A program made the translations under genes and the position numbers. Below are positions 10,315-20,288 of a stretch of 64,000 nucleotides of DNA, piece by piece. Every line of letters starts with the position of its first letter. The stretch's first letter is position 1. The stretch lies in contig OZ243956.1 of the NCBI GenBank assembly GCA_965214405.1, forward strand, positions 2,752,001 through 2,816,000. The letters are read 5' to 3'. The stretch comes from Trueperaceae bacterium. GTDB lineage: Bacteria; Deinococcota; Deinococci; Deinococcales; Trueperaceae. Under the pieces are notes generated by a model that did no database searches, had not been told where the DNA came from, and worked only from the letters and a program-made list of their open reading frames with translations.

Positions 10315-10881
10315 ATGGAGGCTCGAGAGCACCTTTTGCATCAGGCTCTCCACCTCTTCTCATCGCGGGGCTACGACGCCGTCGGGGTGCAGGGGGTGGT
10401 CGAGGCGGCGGGGGTGACCAAGCCGACGCTCTACCATCACTTTGGCAGCAAGCGCGGGCTTTTGGACGCGCTCCTTGAGAAACATTTCGAACCGCTGAAC
10501 GAATCCTTATGCCGCGCCGCCGACTACCGGGGCGACCTGCCGCTGACTCTAACACGCGTGAGTCTCACCTTTTTTAGCGAGGCGGAGCGCGAGCCCTCGT
10601 TCGCGCGGCTGCGTCTCGCCCTTCTCTTTGCGCCGCTCGAGAGCGAGGCGTGTGGCGCGGTGACACCTTGGCTGGGGGCGCAGCAAAAGGTTCTTGAGAA
10701 CATGTTTGAAGCGGCGAGCCGCGACCACGGCAACATGCGCGGGCGGCACCACGCGTACGCCGCGAGCCTTCTGGGGCTTCTCAACACTTACGTCAGCCTG
10801 GCGCTCGGCGGCCATGAAGAGCTGAACGAGCCGCTGAGCCACAGAATAGTGCATCAGTTTATGCACGGTATTTTCTCGTGA
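10315..10881 (+). CDS. TetR/AcrR family regulator
   Basis: ALHLFSSRGY..GVTKPTLYHHFGSKRGL HTH. Confidence 0.92.
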   Translation: MEAREHLLHQALHLFSSRGYDAVGVQGVVEAAGVTKPTLYHHFGSKRGLLDALLEKHFEPLNESLCRAADYRGDLPLTLTRVSLTFFSEAEREPSFARLRLALLFAPLESEACGAVTPWLGAQQKVLENMFEAASRDHGNMRGRHHAYAASLLGLLNTYVSLALGGHEELNEPLSHRIVHQFMHGIFS

Positions 10882-10899
10882 AATTTTTTTGCCCCCATC

Positions 10900-10915
10900 T
10901 ATACCGAACGGTATA
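10900..10915. promoter_or_regulatory. Second TetR operator copy, upstream of GH13 gene
   Basis: TATACCGAACGGTATA, exact reverse complement of 10291-10306. Confidence 0.8.
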
Positions 10916-10928
10916 AAAGGAGTTTGCC

Positions 10929-12296
10929 ATGTCTACCCATTCCTCCCACCACTGGTCCAAAGACGCCGTCTTCTACCACATCTATCCCCTCGGTCACTGC
11001 GGCGCGCCGCCGCGCAACGATTTCAGGTCGGAGCCTGTGGAGAGGTTAGGGCAGCTTCACGCGTGGCTGCCTCATCTCAGACGTCTGGGGGCCAACGCGC
11101 TCTACTCAGGCCCCGTGTTTGACTCGAGCGCGCACGGCTACGACACGGCGGATTATTTTACGGTCGACCGCCGCCTAGGGACCAACAACACGCTCCGCGA
11201 TTTTGCCGCGGCGGCGCGAGACCACGGGATTCGCCTCGTGCTGGACGGCGTGTTCCACCATGTTGGGCGCGACTTTTGGGCATTTCGGGACGTGCTGCGC
11301 GGCGGCGAAGCCTCCCCTTACCGCGACTGGTTCCACCTCGACTTTGGCCGACGCAGCCCGCACGGGGACCCGTTTGCCTACGAGGGTTGGGACGGTCACT
11401 ACGACTTAGTCAAGCTCAACTTGTCCAACCCGGAGGTGTGCGCGCATCTTTTCGGGGCGGTGGAGATGTGGATGGAGGAATTTGGCATCAGCGGCTTGCG
11501 TTTGGACGCGGCGGATGGGCTCGAGTTCGGTTTCATGCGCGAGCTTGCTTCTTTCTGTAAGCGTCTAAAGCCCGACTTCTGGCTCATGGGCGAGGTGGTC
11601 CACGGGGACTACCGCCGCTGGGTCGGCCCCGACATGCTGGGCGCGGTGACGAACTACGAACTTTACAAAGGGCTTTGGTCGAGCCACGCCGACCGGAACT
11701 ATTTCGAACTCGCCTACTCCCTCAAACGGCAGTTTAGCGAGGGCGGCGTTTATCAGGATTTCAACCTCTACACTTTCGCCGACAACCACGACGTCAACCG
11801 GGTCGCCAGCCTTTTGGACGAACCCGCGCACCTCTACCCGCTGTACCTCCTGCTGTTCACGATGCCCGGCACGCCTTCCGTTTACGCGGGGAGCGAGTGG
11901 GGGCTGGGGGGCAAGCGCACGCCGAACGACGACCGCGCCCTGCGGCCCAAGCTCGAGCTCAACCCCACGCACGCGCCGCACCCCAATTTAGCGAACGCCA
12001 TCACCACTTTTAGCGGCGTTCGGCACCTCCTCCCCGCGCTCCGTTATGGGTGTTATGAGGAGTTGCACGTCAACCATCAGCAACTTGCTTTTTCGCGTCG
12101 TTATGAGGACGAACGCGTGGTAATCGTGGTTAACGCGGCGGCGGAAGCTGCGCCGCTCGAGCTAAACCTGCCGGGTGTGCAGACGGGCGCACTGGTTGAC
12201 CTGCTCAACCCCGGTGCGCGCTTCGATGTGCGCGGCGGTCACGCCTTGGTGGCGGTTCCCCCACGGTGGGGGCGGGTGATGCGGCTCGAGGGCTGA
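10929..12296 (+). CDS. GH13 alpha-amylase family glycosidase (cyclomaltodextrinase/neopullulanase-like)
   Basis: HGYDT, LDGVFHH, GLRLDAA, GEVVH, DNHD conserved regions. Confidence 0.92.
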   Translation: MSTHSSHHWSKDAVFYHIYPLGHCGAPPRNDFRSEPVERLGQLHAWLPHLRRLGANALYSGPVFDSSAHGYDTADYFTVDRRLGTNNTLRDFAAAARDHGIRLVLDGVFHHVGRDFWAFRDVLRGGEASPYRDWFHLDFGRRSPHGDPFAYEGWDGHYDLVKLNLSNPEVCAHLFGAVEMWMEEFGISGLRLDAADGLEFGFMRELASFCKRLKPDFWLMGEVVHGDYRRWVGPDMLGAVTNYELYKGLWSSHADRNYFELAYSLKRQFSEGGVYQDFNLYTFADNHDVNRVASLLDEPAHLYPLYLLLFTMPGTPSVYAGSEWGLGGKRTPNDDRALRPKLELNPTHAPHPNLANAITTFSGVRHLLPALRYGCYEELHVNHQQLAFSRRYEDERVVIVVNAAAEAAPLELNLPGVQTGALVDLLNPGARFDVRGGHALVAVPPRWGRVMRLEG

Positions 12297-12347
12297 GGGT
12301 CGCTACTGACAGGACCACGGAGCACGAGAAAACCGCTAAAGTATTCT

Positions 12348-13148
12348 ATGCTTCCGTTTCAACCCGCTCAGAACGCCGAACCCGCAAGGTGGCTCGAGGA
12401 AAGCCTTGTAGACTTCGGCAGGAACATTTTATCCATCGTCCCGCGCGGCTTTGAGGCGTATGCTCGAGTTTTTCACCCGGCTTATCAAGTGACACACGAC
12501 ACGCGGACGCCGCTGCGCTGGTCGGACGTTGCGGCGCGAAGCGGGCGCACCTGTCACAGACAGATGCACTGGGCCGACATTCTAGGTGAAGAACCCGAAC
12601 ACGATCACGCCAATGAAGCGGGTGACACTTGGATTGAAGGCCCTATTGAAGGCGACCTCCCTGTGGAGGTAGCCCAGGTCTTGTGGCCCCTGCTTAGCCA
12701 GCACACCACCACGCCTGAAAGGTGCTTTTTCGCCATTTGGGAGGGTTTTGGCTGCTTACCCAAGTCGATTAGCAACGCACCCGCTTTTGAGATCCCGGCT
12801 CGCAAGTTCCACCTTTTCGAAGCGCCGATTGAAAACGTTGAAGAGACCTTTTGCACCAACGACCCCAACGAAGCCAGAGGTATGGGCGTTTTTGTCCTTG
12901 CGGACCCGTCGGGAACACTTTCACCCGCCGAAATCGAGGAGGCCAAGAAAAACATGCCGCCCCCGGAATTCCCGCTTTTTCACCAGAGCGCCAACCTGTG
13001 GTGGCCCGAAGACCGCGCCTGGTGCGTGGCGACGGAGATTGATTTTGTGACGACCTATGTGGCGGGTTCTAAAGAGGTTGTAGCCGCCGTCCTCTCGCGT
13101 GAAGCTTTAGAGGCCTATCAGGTTGAGCCGACGGACAGCGTTAGTTGA
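12348..13148 (+). CDS. Conserved hypothetical protein
   Basis: VPRGFEAYARVFHPA and SANLWWPEDRAWCVATEID look like conserved motifs; TAAAGT 5 nt before ATG. Confidence 0.7.
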   Translation: MLPFQPAQNAEPARWLEESLVDFGRNILSIVPRGFEAYARVFHPAYQVTHDTRTPLRWSDVAARSGRTCHRQMHWADILGEEPEHDHANEAGDTWIEGPIEGDLPVEVAQVLWPLLSQHTTTPERCFFAIWEGFGCLPKSISNAPAFEIPARKFHLFEAPIENVEETFCTNDPNEARGMGVFVLADPSGTLSPAEIEEAKKNMPPPEFPLFHQSANLWWPEDRAWCVATEIDFVTTYVAGSKEVVAAVLSREALEAYQVEPTDSVS

Positions 13149-13226
13149 GTAGGCCAATTGGGGTCGGGTTTTGGAGACGCTCGAGGCGTACCTACTTTTC
13201 TCCTCAACTTCGCGTACAATTTGGAC

Positions 13227-13427
13227 ATGGCCCAAGTTGAGCCTATAAAAGCCCAAATCGAGGCCTTATCCCCCGAGGAGTTTGCTCGTCTGCGTGAATG
13301 GATAGCCGAAAAAGACTGGCAACGCTGGGACGAACGGCTAGAAAAAGACGCTGCTTCTGGAAAGCTTGATTTCCTGCGTGAAGAAGCTCTGGCCGCCAAA
13401 GCAAAAGGTCAACTAAGAGATTTGTAA
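13227..13427 (+). CDS. Putative type II antitoxin (66 aa)
   Basis: IEALSPEEFARLREW..WDERLEKDAASGKLD; TACAAT 6 nt before ATG; abuts toxin remnant. Confidence 0.75.
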   Translation: MAQVEPIKAQIEALSPEEFARLREWIAEKDWQRWDERLEKDAASGKLDFLREEALAAKAKGQLRDL

Positions 13428-13678
13428 ATGCACCGCACAACCCCGAAGTTTTGATAGCGTTTCGACAACCTTGGCGAAGACATCCAGAAACTTGCTCGTA
13501 AAAATTTTGAGCTTCTCAAAGCCAATCCCAAACATCCCTCGTTCTCTTTAAGAAAGTTGGGGATTACTGGTCCGCTCGAGTCGGACTTTATTACCGGGTT
13601 TTAGGGGTTGAAGATGGCGACGACTTCATCTGGGTATGGATTGGCGGTCACGCCGAGTACGACAAACTTATCTCTTGA
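13428..13678 (+). pseudogene. RelE/ParE-like toxin pseudogene
   Basis: MHRTTPKF**RF..LLKANPKHPS then, after a 1-nt shift, FKKVGDYWSARVGLYYR..WVWIGGHAEYDKLIS; stops at 13452 and 13455; not in ORF track. Confidence 0.85.
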
Positions 13679-13761
13679 GTTACCTAACCAGGCGTGGGCA
13701 CCGCTCCATAGACTTTTCAGTACGTCAAAATTTTTCAACAATATCCTTACGATTCTGTACT

Positions 13762-14784
13762 TTAGTACGCCCTGGTCTTCACCCTTATCCCTGTAGGCAA
13801 CGTCAATAACCACTCGGTCACCGCGTGAACCGCGCCGCGCGCCGTTTTGGTGATGACGGGGTCGCCGAAAGGCTCGAGCCGCACAATTAGCTCGTCCCCC
13901 TCGCGCCGGTTCACCACCACCAAAAGCCCCTGCTTCAAATCCGGCTCGTCCACCGTCGCGCGCACGAGCAGGCGCGCGCCCTCGTCGGCGCTCACGCCCC
14001 GCAGCACCTCGTGCAAAATGACGTGGCCCGCGGCGTAGGGGACGACCCTTTTTTCAAAGGTCTCGAGGGCAGTGGGCAACGAGCCGGTCAGGAGGGCGTG
14101 GGGCATGGTCTCGTCTCTTTCTAGGGGAGGATAGAGGGGCGTCTCGCCCCCGCGGTACTCGAACACCTGGTAGTGGAGGGGCTTGCCCTGAGATTTCCAC
14201 TTGAGCGCGTATTTGGTCTCGAACACCGCCGCTGGGGGCTCGGTTTCAAAAAGGGTGTAGAGGTCTGTTTTCTGAGCTTCGGTTTGGGCGAACGCCAGAT
14301 AGTCCGGGTGGTCGGTGGCGAGCAAGATCTTCCCGCCGGGTTGCAGGCGGCTCGCGGCGAGTTCAAAAAAGGGCGCGCGCAGGAGGCGGTTATCCTCGTG
14401 TCTGGCCTTGGGCCAGGGGTCGGGGAAGTTGACGGTGACGGTTTGCAAACTGTGGGGCGCGAAAAGGTGACGCACGGCGAAGTTTGCGCCTATTTTGAGG
14501 AGGCGGACGTTGTCTAGCTCTTGAGTGCGGACTTTGCGCAAGGCGCGTTGGAGGGAGGCGCTCGAGATTTCCAGGCCCACAAACCGGCCCTCGGGCGCGT
14601 CCTTAGCCCACCGCACGGTGTAGCGCCCGTCGCCAAAGCCTATTTCTAAATGTAACGGCCCCGCGCTCCCAAACTGCGCGTCCCAGTCCACAGGAAAACG
14701 GTAGCGCCGCCAGGGGAAGAGCGGGCCGGAAGGCTCTTTGTCGAGCAGCACGCGTTCTAGTGATCCGTCCCGCACCGTCGCCAT
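13762..14784 (-). CDS. trmB: tRNA (guanine-N7)-methyltransferase
   Basis: LEIGFGDG, NFPDPWPKARH, LATDHPDY, TKY. Confidence 0.92.
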   Translation of the reverse strand: MATVRDGSLERVLLDKEPSGPLFPWRRYRFPVDWDAQFGSAGPLHLEIGFGDGRYTVRWAKDAPEGRFVGLEISSASLQRALRKVRTQELDNVRLLKIGANFAVRHLFAPHSLQTVTVNFPDPWPKARHEDNRLLRAPFFELAASRLQPGGKILLATDHPDYLAFAQTEAQKTDLYTLFETEPPAAVFETKYALKWKSQGKPLHYQVFEYRGGETPLYPPLERDETMPHALLTGSLPTALETFEKRVVPYAAGHVILHEVLRGVSADEGARLLVRATVDEPDLKQGLLVVVNRREGDELIVRLEPFGDPVITKTARGAVHAVTEWLLTLPTGIRVKTRAY

Positions 14785-14787
14785 CCT

Positions 14788-15591
14788 CTAAACCGGCTTC
14801 ACGAGTAGCGTCACGTTGACGGCTAAATTGCTTGAAAAAAGCGTGTCACGCGTGACAAGAACGTAAGGCCCCGCCCCCTGCACCGGGTGGACGCGGAACA
14901 CGTCCACGCGACCGTCGGGGCGGCGGCAGGCGATGTGGTCGGGGAGGTAGCCCAGGACGCGCTGCCAGCCGCCCATGAGGTTGGGGTCCACGCCGATGCT
15001 GCCCGCGGGCAGGGTTTCTCGAGAGAGCTTCGTCACAAGCCGCGCCACGCGCGGTTTCTGCGTCCGGACGGTGAGCGCGCCCAGTTGGATAAGCCGCGCC
15101 ACCACCGCCTTGACTTCAGCCATGTCGGCCCCCGCATCCGCGGCGACGCGCCCCAAGTTGCGGCGACCGTCGACAAAGCGGAGGATGGCGGTCTCAAAGG
15201 GTTGCAAGGTCAGGTTGGTCGCGCTCAGGTCGGTAAAGGCGGGGACTGCGTCGTCAGAAAGCACGACCGTCGCCCCCTGCGCCCCGCGCTGCGACTCGTC
15301 CAAGCGCCGGATGGCCTCCAGAAGCAAGTTTTCAGTCCCCCCACGGATGCTCGTTTCGGGCGCGGCCAAGCCCAACGTAAACTCGAACGACCCTCGCTCG
15401 TCCCGAAAAAGCGCGTACACCGACTCCTCACCCGTTAGGCCGTTAAAGTCGGCGTGGACGACGCGCCCCTTGTCAAAGTAAACGCGCGCCGCGCCCTCGG
15501 GGTGGTCGACCATCAGGCGACCCGTCCGCGACGACGAGGCGAGAAGCTGAAAAAGGTCCACGAGCGAGAAAAGACCGAGTGTTCCTGTCAC
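14788..15591 (-). CDS. DUF4388 domain protein
   Basis: GTLGLFSLVDLFQLL..TGRL..VYFDKGRVVHA..LLLEAIRRLDE. Confidence 0.82.
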   Translation of the reverse strand: MTGTLGLFSLVDLFQLLASSSRTGRLMVDHPEGAARVYFDKGRVVHADFNGLTGEESVYALFRDERGSFEFTLGLAAPETSIRGGTENLLLEAIRRLDESQRGAQGATVVLSDDAVPAFTDLSATNLTLQPFETAILRFVDGRRNLGRVAADAGADMAEVKAVVARLIQLGALTVRTQKPRVARLVTKLSRETLPAGSIGVDPNLMGGWQRVLGYLPDHIACRRPDGRVDVFRVHPVQGAGPYVLVTRDTLFSSNLAVNVTLLVKPV

Positions 15592-15651
15592 CCGTCCAGT
15601 CTACCGGGTTGAGCGCGTGCGCCGTGAGAAATGCCGCAAAAATTTCAACTT

Positions 15652-16638
15652 TTACCATTCCACCACCGCGCGCACGATTTCCTCACCCTCCGCTGACTTG
15701 GCGAGGGCGAGCACCCCCTCGAGCCCTTCACACTTCGTTGGGTGATAGAGGGTGTTGGCGACGAGGCTCGAGCGCCCCCGCGGCGCCAGGTCCAAAACCT
15801 CCCCGACCATCATCGGGTTCACGCCGTAGCGCAGGTGCAGGCGGTTCTGCAAACCTTGACGCAAGCCGTGACGGAGCCAGGCTTCTCCTTCCGTGAGTGC
15901 GGGATTGGGAGGCCAGGGGCGCGTCCAGGCGGCGTGGTTGGCGCTCGGCTGCACGACGATTTGCACGCCGAGTCCGTCCAGACGCTCCAACACCGACCCG
16001 TAAAACCCGTCCAAGCAGACCGCCACCCCGACGCGGCCCGCGGGCGTCTCAAAGGCGTGAATGTGGTCTTGAGGCGCCCTTGAAAGACCCGCCCTGGACT
16101 CCGCGCCGGGTGTGAGGTAAACCTTGTGCGTTCGGTCGAGGATTCGGCCTGTCGGCCCAAAGGTAAAGGCGGTGTTGTGGACGCGGCGGCCCGCAAGGTG
16201 GACGCCGCGGCTCGCCTCTTCCTCGATGTGGGGCAGGAAAATGGTTCCGGCGACCACGGTGGCCCCCGCAAAACGCGCGGCTTCCGCAAAGGCGTCGCGG
16301 TAGGCGCGGTAGGCGGGGAGCGCCTGGAGGTGATAAAGCGCGGCGGCGGGAGAGAGTCTTCGTGTCATCATCACCCGCAGGAGCGCGCGCCACCGGCGTT
16401 TGGCAACCGCAAAGGCAGCCTCACCAAAAGATTTTGCGCCCCCCACGCTTTCAGAGTCGCTGAGCGTGAGGATGAGGGGAAAGCCTATCGTCTCGGGAAA
16501 CGCGATGAGCTTAGGCGCGTCGTCAAGCCCCGCCACCGCCGCCTCGGTGAGTTCTAACACGCGCGTCTTGAAGCGCTCCGGCGTCTCGTAGTCGGGAAGC
16601 GTCATGGCGGCCTGAACCGCGATGAGGTGGGCTTTCAC
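15652..16638 (-). CDS. Nitrilase/carbon-nitrogen hydrolase family protein
   Basis: Glu-Lys-Cys triad motifs AFPE, HKVYL, VCLDG. Confidence 0.85.
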   Translation of the reverse strand: MKAHLIAVQAAMTLPDYETPERFKTRVLELTEAAVAGLDDAPKLIAFPETIGFPLILTLSDSESVGGAKSFGEAAFAVAKRRWRALLRVMMTRRLSPAAALYHLQALPAYRAYRDAFAEAARFAGATVVAGTIFLPHIEEEASRGVHLAGRRVHNTAFTFGPTGRILDRTHKVYLTPGAESRAGLSRAPQDHIHAFETPAGRVGVAVCLDGFYGSVLERLDGLGVQIVVQPSANHAAWTRPWPPNPALTEGEAWLRHGLRQGLQNRLHLRYGVNPMMVGEVLDLAPRGRSSLVANTLYHPTKCEGLEGVLALAKSAEGEEIVRAVVEW

Positions 16639-16821
16639 ACCCCACAGTCTAAACCTTCAGTTCTTAAACGGCGGATGGTTGTTGAAGGGTGCGTTTCGTC
16701 TGCCAGGACGAGAGCATCGGCGGAAGCGGCGGGCGTAACGAAAAGCTTTGGAGCTTATATGCCTAACGTGCTACACAGGTAATCCGCCCTCTCCGTACTG
16801 TTTAACACTGTAAACTAAACC

Positions 16822-17469
16822 ATGCTGAGCGCCAAACGTCTGGACACGACCCTCACCAAACCCGTCACGCTCGAGTACCTCCTCTACGAACCCGACGCGC
16901 CCGAACCCCTGCCCCTCGTCTTGTTCTTGCACGGGTCGGGAGAAAGGGGAAGCCACTTAGACGACGTAAAACGCGAAGGGATACCGCGGCTACTGGCCGA
17001 GGGGCGCGACTTTCCCTTCGCCGTCGTTGCGCCGCAGTGCCCCGACGGGGTGCGCTGGATAGACCTGTTGGGCGACCTGGGCGCGCTGCTGGACGAGGTT
17101 ATGGCGACGGGCGCGGTTGACCCCGACCGGGTGTACCTCATCGGCATGAGCATGGGGGCGCAGGGGGCCTGGAACTTGGCGGCGGTCGCCAAAGAACGCT
17201 TCGCCGCGCTCGTGTGCGTGTGCGGCTTTACCGCGCCGTGGCGCGCGCGCGACCTAGTCGGTTTGCCCATCTGGGCGTTTCACGGTGAAGAGGACCCGCT
17301 AGTGCCCATTTCGGAAAGCGAAAGGATGGTCGCGTGGCTCGAGCGCGAGGGCGCAACCGTGACATTCACCCGCTTGCCCGGCGTGGGCCACGACGCCTGG
17401 ACGCCCGTATTTGATATGCCCGAACTGTACGCGTGGCTGCTCGAGCAGCGCAGAGAGGGCGGTAGCTAG
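16822..17469 (+). CDS. Alpha/beta hydrolase (phospholipase/carboxylesterase or peptidase-like)
   Basis: LFLHGSGERG, GMSMG nucleophile elbow, FHGEEDPLV, GHDAW. Confidence 0.88.
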   Translation: MLSAKRLDTTLTKPVTLEYLLYEPDAPEPLPLVLFLHGSGERGSHLDDVKREGIPRLLAEGRDFPFAVVAPQCPDGVRWIDLLGDLGALLDEVMATGAVDPDRVYLIGMSMGAQGAWNLAAVAKERFAALVCVCGFTAPWRARDLVGLPIWAFHGEEDPLVPISESERMVAWLEREGATVTFTRLPGVGHDAWTPVFDMPELYAWLLEQRREGGS

Positions 17470-17476
17470 ACCTGTG

Positions 17477-18835
17477 CTAGACCATCTGCGGCAGGTGCTG
17501 CTCGTGCGCTTTTAACATCGCGTCCAATGTATTTTCCGCAGCTCTCACGCTCTCCACGGTCGGGTCTAAGAGCATCGCTTTAAGGATATCGTTGCGTTCG
17601 CCCGTCACCGTGGCCTCGACCGTAAGCTCCATTTGGTCGATGTCGCGACGGTTAAAGGCGGCGAGCGTTTTGGGCAGCGCGACCTGCTGCAAATAGATAC
17701 CCGTGCTGTCCACCACCGCCGGGGCTTCCGCGAATATGTCGGCGGGCAGGTGGCTCACCGCGCCGCCGTTGATGAGGTTGACGGCGGGCAGCCAGGCGCG
17801 TTTGTTGCTGATGCGGGCGGCGAGGATGGGAAACGCGAGCGTGTCGGCCCAGTTGCGCGGCTTGAAAAAGTCGTCTAGGCGCAGTTCCTCGGACAGTCCT
17901 TCTTGCGACCCGTAGTGTGATTCGTACGCTTCCCACTCGGCCTCGTTCTCAGCCAAACGTTTCAAATAATCCCAACGCTGGCTTTCTTGCTTGCGGTGTT
18001 CGCCAAAGTCGATGCCGTTCGTGCCTGCAAACTCGGCGGCGAAGGGGATGTATTCGCCCGCGTGCGAATCGAGGGTGGCGGGAAAGTAACCGTAAACGTC
18101 TAAAAGTTTGCGCGACAGGCCCTCCTCACCTGGGGGCAAGGCTTTAAGCTTCTCCCGCATAAGCGGGTAGAGGTCTTCGCCGGTCGAGGCGCGGCGCAGC
18201 TCGAGCAGCCAAGTGAGGTGATTCGTCCCCGCCGCGAGCGCCTGCAAATCGTCCCCGTCAATCCCGAGCACGCGGTTTAGCAGCAAGTAGAGCGCCATCT
18301 CGACGCCGTGGCAGAGCCCTACCACCTGATGCACATTCGCATGGCGTTCTAGAGCCAGACAAATCCGGTTGAGCGGGTTCGACGTGACCATCACGACCGC
18401 GTTGGGGCAGAGAGCTTCGATGTCGCGCGCAATCTCTAGGTGCAGCGGGATTTGCCGCAACGCGTGGAACAGGCCGCCCGGACCGCCCAACTCGCCTAAG
18501 ACCTGCTTGTACCCGTGCGCGTTGGGAACCGTGAAGTCTCTCTCCCAGGTGTCGTAGTGGCCGGTATCGACCGAAAGAATCACGTAGTCGCTACCCGCCA
18601 AGAGGTCGCGGCGGTGGGGGCTCGAGCGAATCGTCACGGGGATTTTGAGAAGCGCGTTCACGCGCCGCGCGAGCTTGTCGTACGTTTCTAAACGCTGCAT
18701 GTTGGTGTCGATAAAGTTAAAGGTGCAGCCGCCTACCTCCGGAAAGTTAAGGATGTCGCGCAAGACCTTGGGGCCAAAGGTAGTGCTGGCCGCGCCAATG
18801 ACGGTAACGGTCGGTTTGGAAGGTGTCTTGTTCAT
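17477..18835 (-). CDS. GH4 NAD-dependent glycoside hydrolase (alpha-galactosidase-like)
   Basis: IGAAS, GGPGGLFHALR, SNP, GLCHG, GTNHLTW. Confidence 0.85.
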   Translation of the reverse strand: MNKTPSKPTVTVIGAASTTFGPKVLRDILNFPEVGGCTFNFIDTNMQRLETYDKLARRVNALLKIPVTIRSSPHRRDLLAGSDYVILSVDTGHYDTWERDFTVPNAHGYKQVLGELGGPGGLFHALRQIPLHLEIARDIEALCPNAVVMVTSNPLNRICLALERHANVHQVVGLCHGVEMALYLLLNRVLGIDGDDLQALAAGTNHLTWLLELRRASTGEDLYPLMREKLKALPPGEEGLSRKLLDVYGYFPATLDSHAGEYIPFAAEFAGTNGIDFGEHRKQESQRWDYLKRLAENEAEWEAYESHYGSQEGLSEELRLDDFFKPRNWADTLAFPILAARISNKRAWLPAVNLINGGAVSHLPADIFAEAPAVVDSTGIYLQQVALPKTLAAFNRRDIDQMELTVEATVTGERNDILKAMLLDPTVESVRAAENTLDAMLKAHEQHLPQMV

Positions 18836-18959
18836 AAAGGCACATTGTACAGGGAGTCACGCGTTTGATTCTCATGCTCAAGGTTCATGATTACTGGACA
18901 CCCATCCTTCGCAAAAACGCACGCTTTCACCTCACAAGGTGAGGCTGTAAACTGCCCCT

Positions 18960-20180
18960 ATGTCGCTAAAACAATTCCCTTTGCTGCGTCACCTGCGAAG
19001 CTGGCGCAACCCTCCAGGTTTGGACCGAAACCCGGAGGAAGAGCGCCGGGCGAACTGGCTCGAGCTCTTCTACGACCTTGTCTATATCGCCACGGTGATT
19101 CAGCTCGGCACCTATTTGCACCACCACCTGACGGTAACGGGCGCGTTGCAGTACAGCTTTCTTTTCCTCATCGTGTGGTGGTCGTGGTCGGGCACGACCT
19201 ACTACGGGAACCGTTTTGTCACCGACGACGCACTCCACCGCTTGCTGGTATTTGTGCAGATTTTCGCGGTCGGCAACCTCGCGGTAAGTATCCCCACCGC
19301 CTTTGGCGCGGGCGGCGCGACCTTTGCGCTCTCCTATGTGGCGCTGCGCGTCTTGCTCGTGCTCATGTACGCGCGCGCGTACCGCCATGAAAGCGAAACG
19401 CGCCCGCTCATCCGCAACTACGTCGCGGGGTTCTCGCTCGGCATCCTCTTCTGGCTCGTGTCGGCTTTTGTTCCCCCGCCCTGGCGCTACGCGCTGTGGG
19501 GCTTAGGGATTGGGGCGGAGGTCGTCGTTCACTTCGCGTTCGGAACGCAAAGGTTTGAACAGCGCGTGCCCTTTAACCTTTCGCACCTGAGCGAACGCTA
19601 CGCGCTCTTTATCATCATCGTTTTGGGCGACACGTTTATCAAGGCCATCGGGCGCGTGGCGGAGGAGGGCATCACGACCAACACGAACCTTTTTGGCGCG
19701 TTGGCCGTGCTCATGGCGGTGAGCCTGTGGTGGGTCTACTTTGACGACGTGGCGGGGGCGGCGTTGCGGCAGGGCTACGAGACGCTCACCTGGTGGGTTT
19801 ATGCGCACCTGCCCCTGTCGGCCACGCTGGTGGCCTTTGGCGTGGCCGCTGAAGACATCACGCAACTCAGCTCGGGGCAAGGGCTCGAGCCGCCCCTACT
19901 CTGGCTCTTGTGTTTGTCGACCGGACTTTACCTCGCGTCCATCGCCTGGGTCGACCTGCTGACCGAGACGCGGACGCCGCAGTTGGGGCTCACGCGCGTG
20001 GTCATGCGCGCGGCGTCGGCGGTCTTGCTGCTCCTGCTCGCGCTTCTAGGCGGAGGGCTCCTCGCGCCTTGGCTTGTCGGGACGGTCGCGGCGCTCTGCG
20101 CGGCGCAGATTCTTTTTGACCTGCTCGTGGGCCGGGAAAGGGCGGAGGTGGGGGAGCTTTCTAAGAGTGAACAGGGCTAG
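18960..20180 (+). CDS. Low temperature requirement protein A (LtrA) family membrane protein
   Basis: WLELFYDLVY, HLSERYALFIIIVLG, LWWVYFD, YAHLP. Confidence 0.88.
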   Translation: MSLKQFPLLRHLRSWRNPPGLDRNPEEERRANWLELFYDLVYIATVIQLGTYLHHHLTVTGALQYSFLFLIVWWSWSGTTYYGNRFVTDDALHRLLVFVQIFAVGNLAVSIPTAFGAGGATFALSYVALRVLLVLMYARAYRHESETRPLIRNYVAGFSLGILFWLVSAFVPPPWRYALWGLGIGAEVVVHFAFGTQRFEQRVPFNLSHLSERYALFIIIVLGDTFIKAIGRVAEEGITTNTNLFGALAVLMAVSLWWVYFDDVAGAALRQGYETLTWWVYAHLPLSATLVAFGVAAEDITQLSSGQGLEPPLLWLLCLSTGLYLASIAWVDLLTETRTPQLGLTRVVMRAASAVLLLLLALLGGGLLAPWLVGTVAALCAAQILFDLLVGRERAEVGELSKSEQG

Positions 20181-20288
20181 GGCGTGAGACTGGGCGTGAA
20201 AAACTGGGCGTGAAATATGGGATGGGCTCGAGCCCTCAAAAAACGCCACGCATAACGTTCAAACATAAACCGCAAAGCAGGGGGAACG

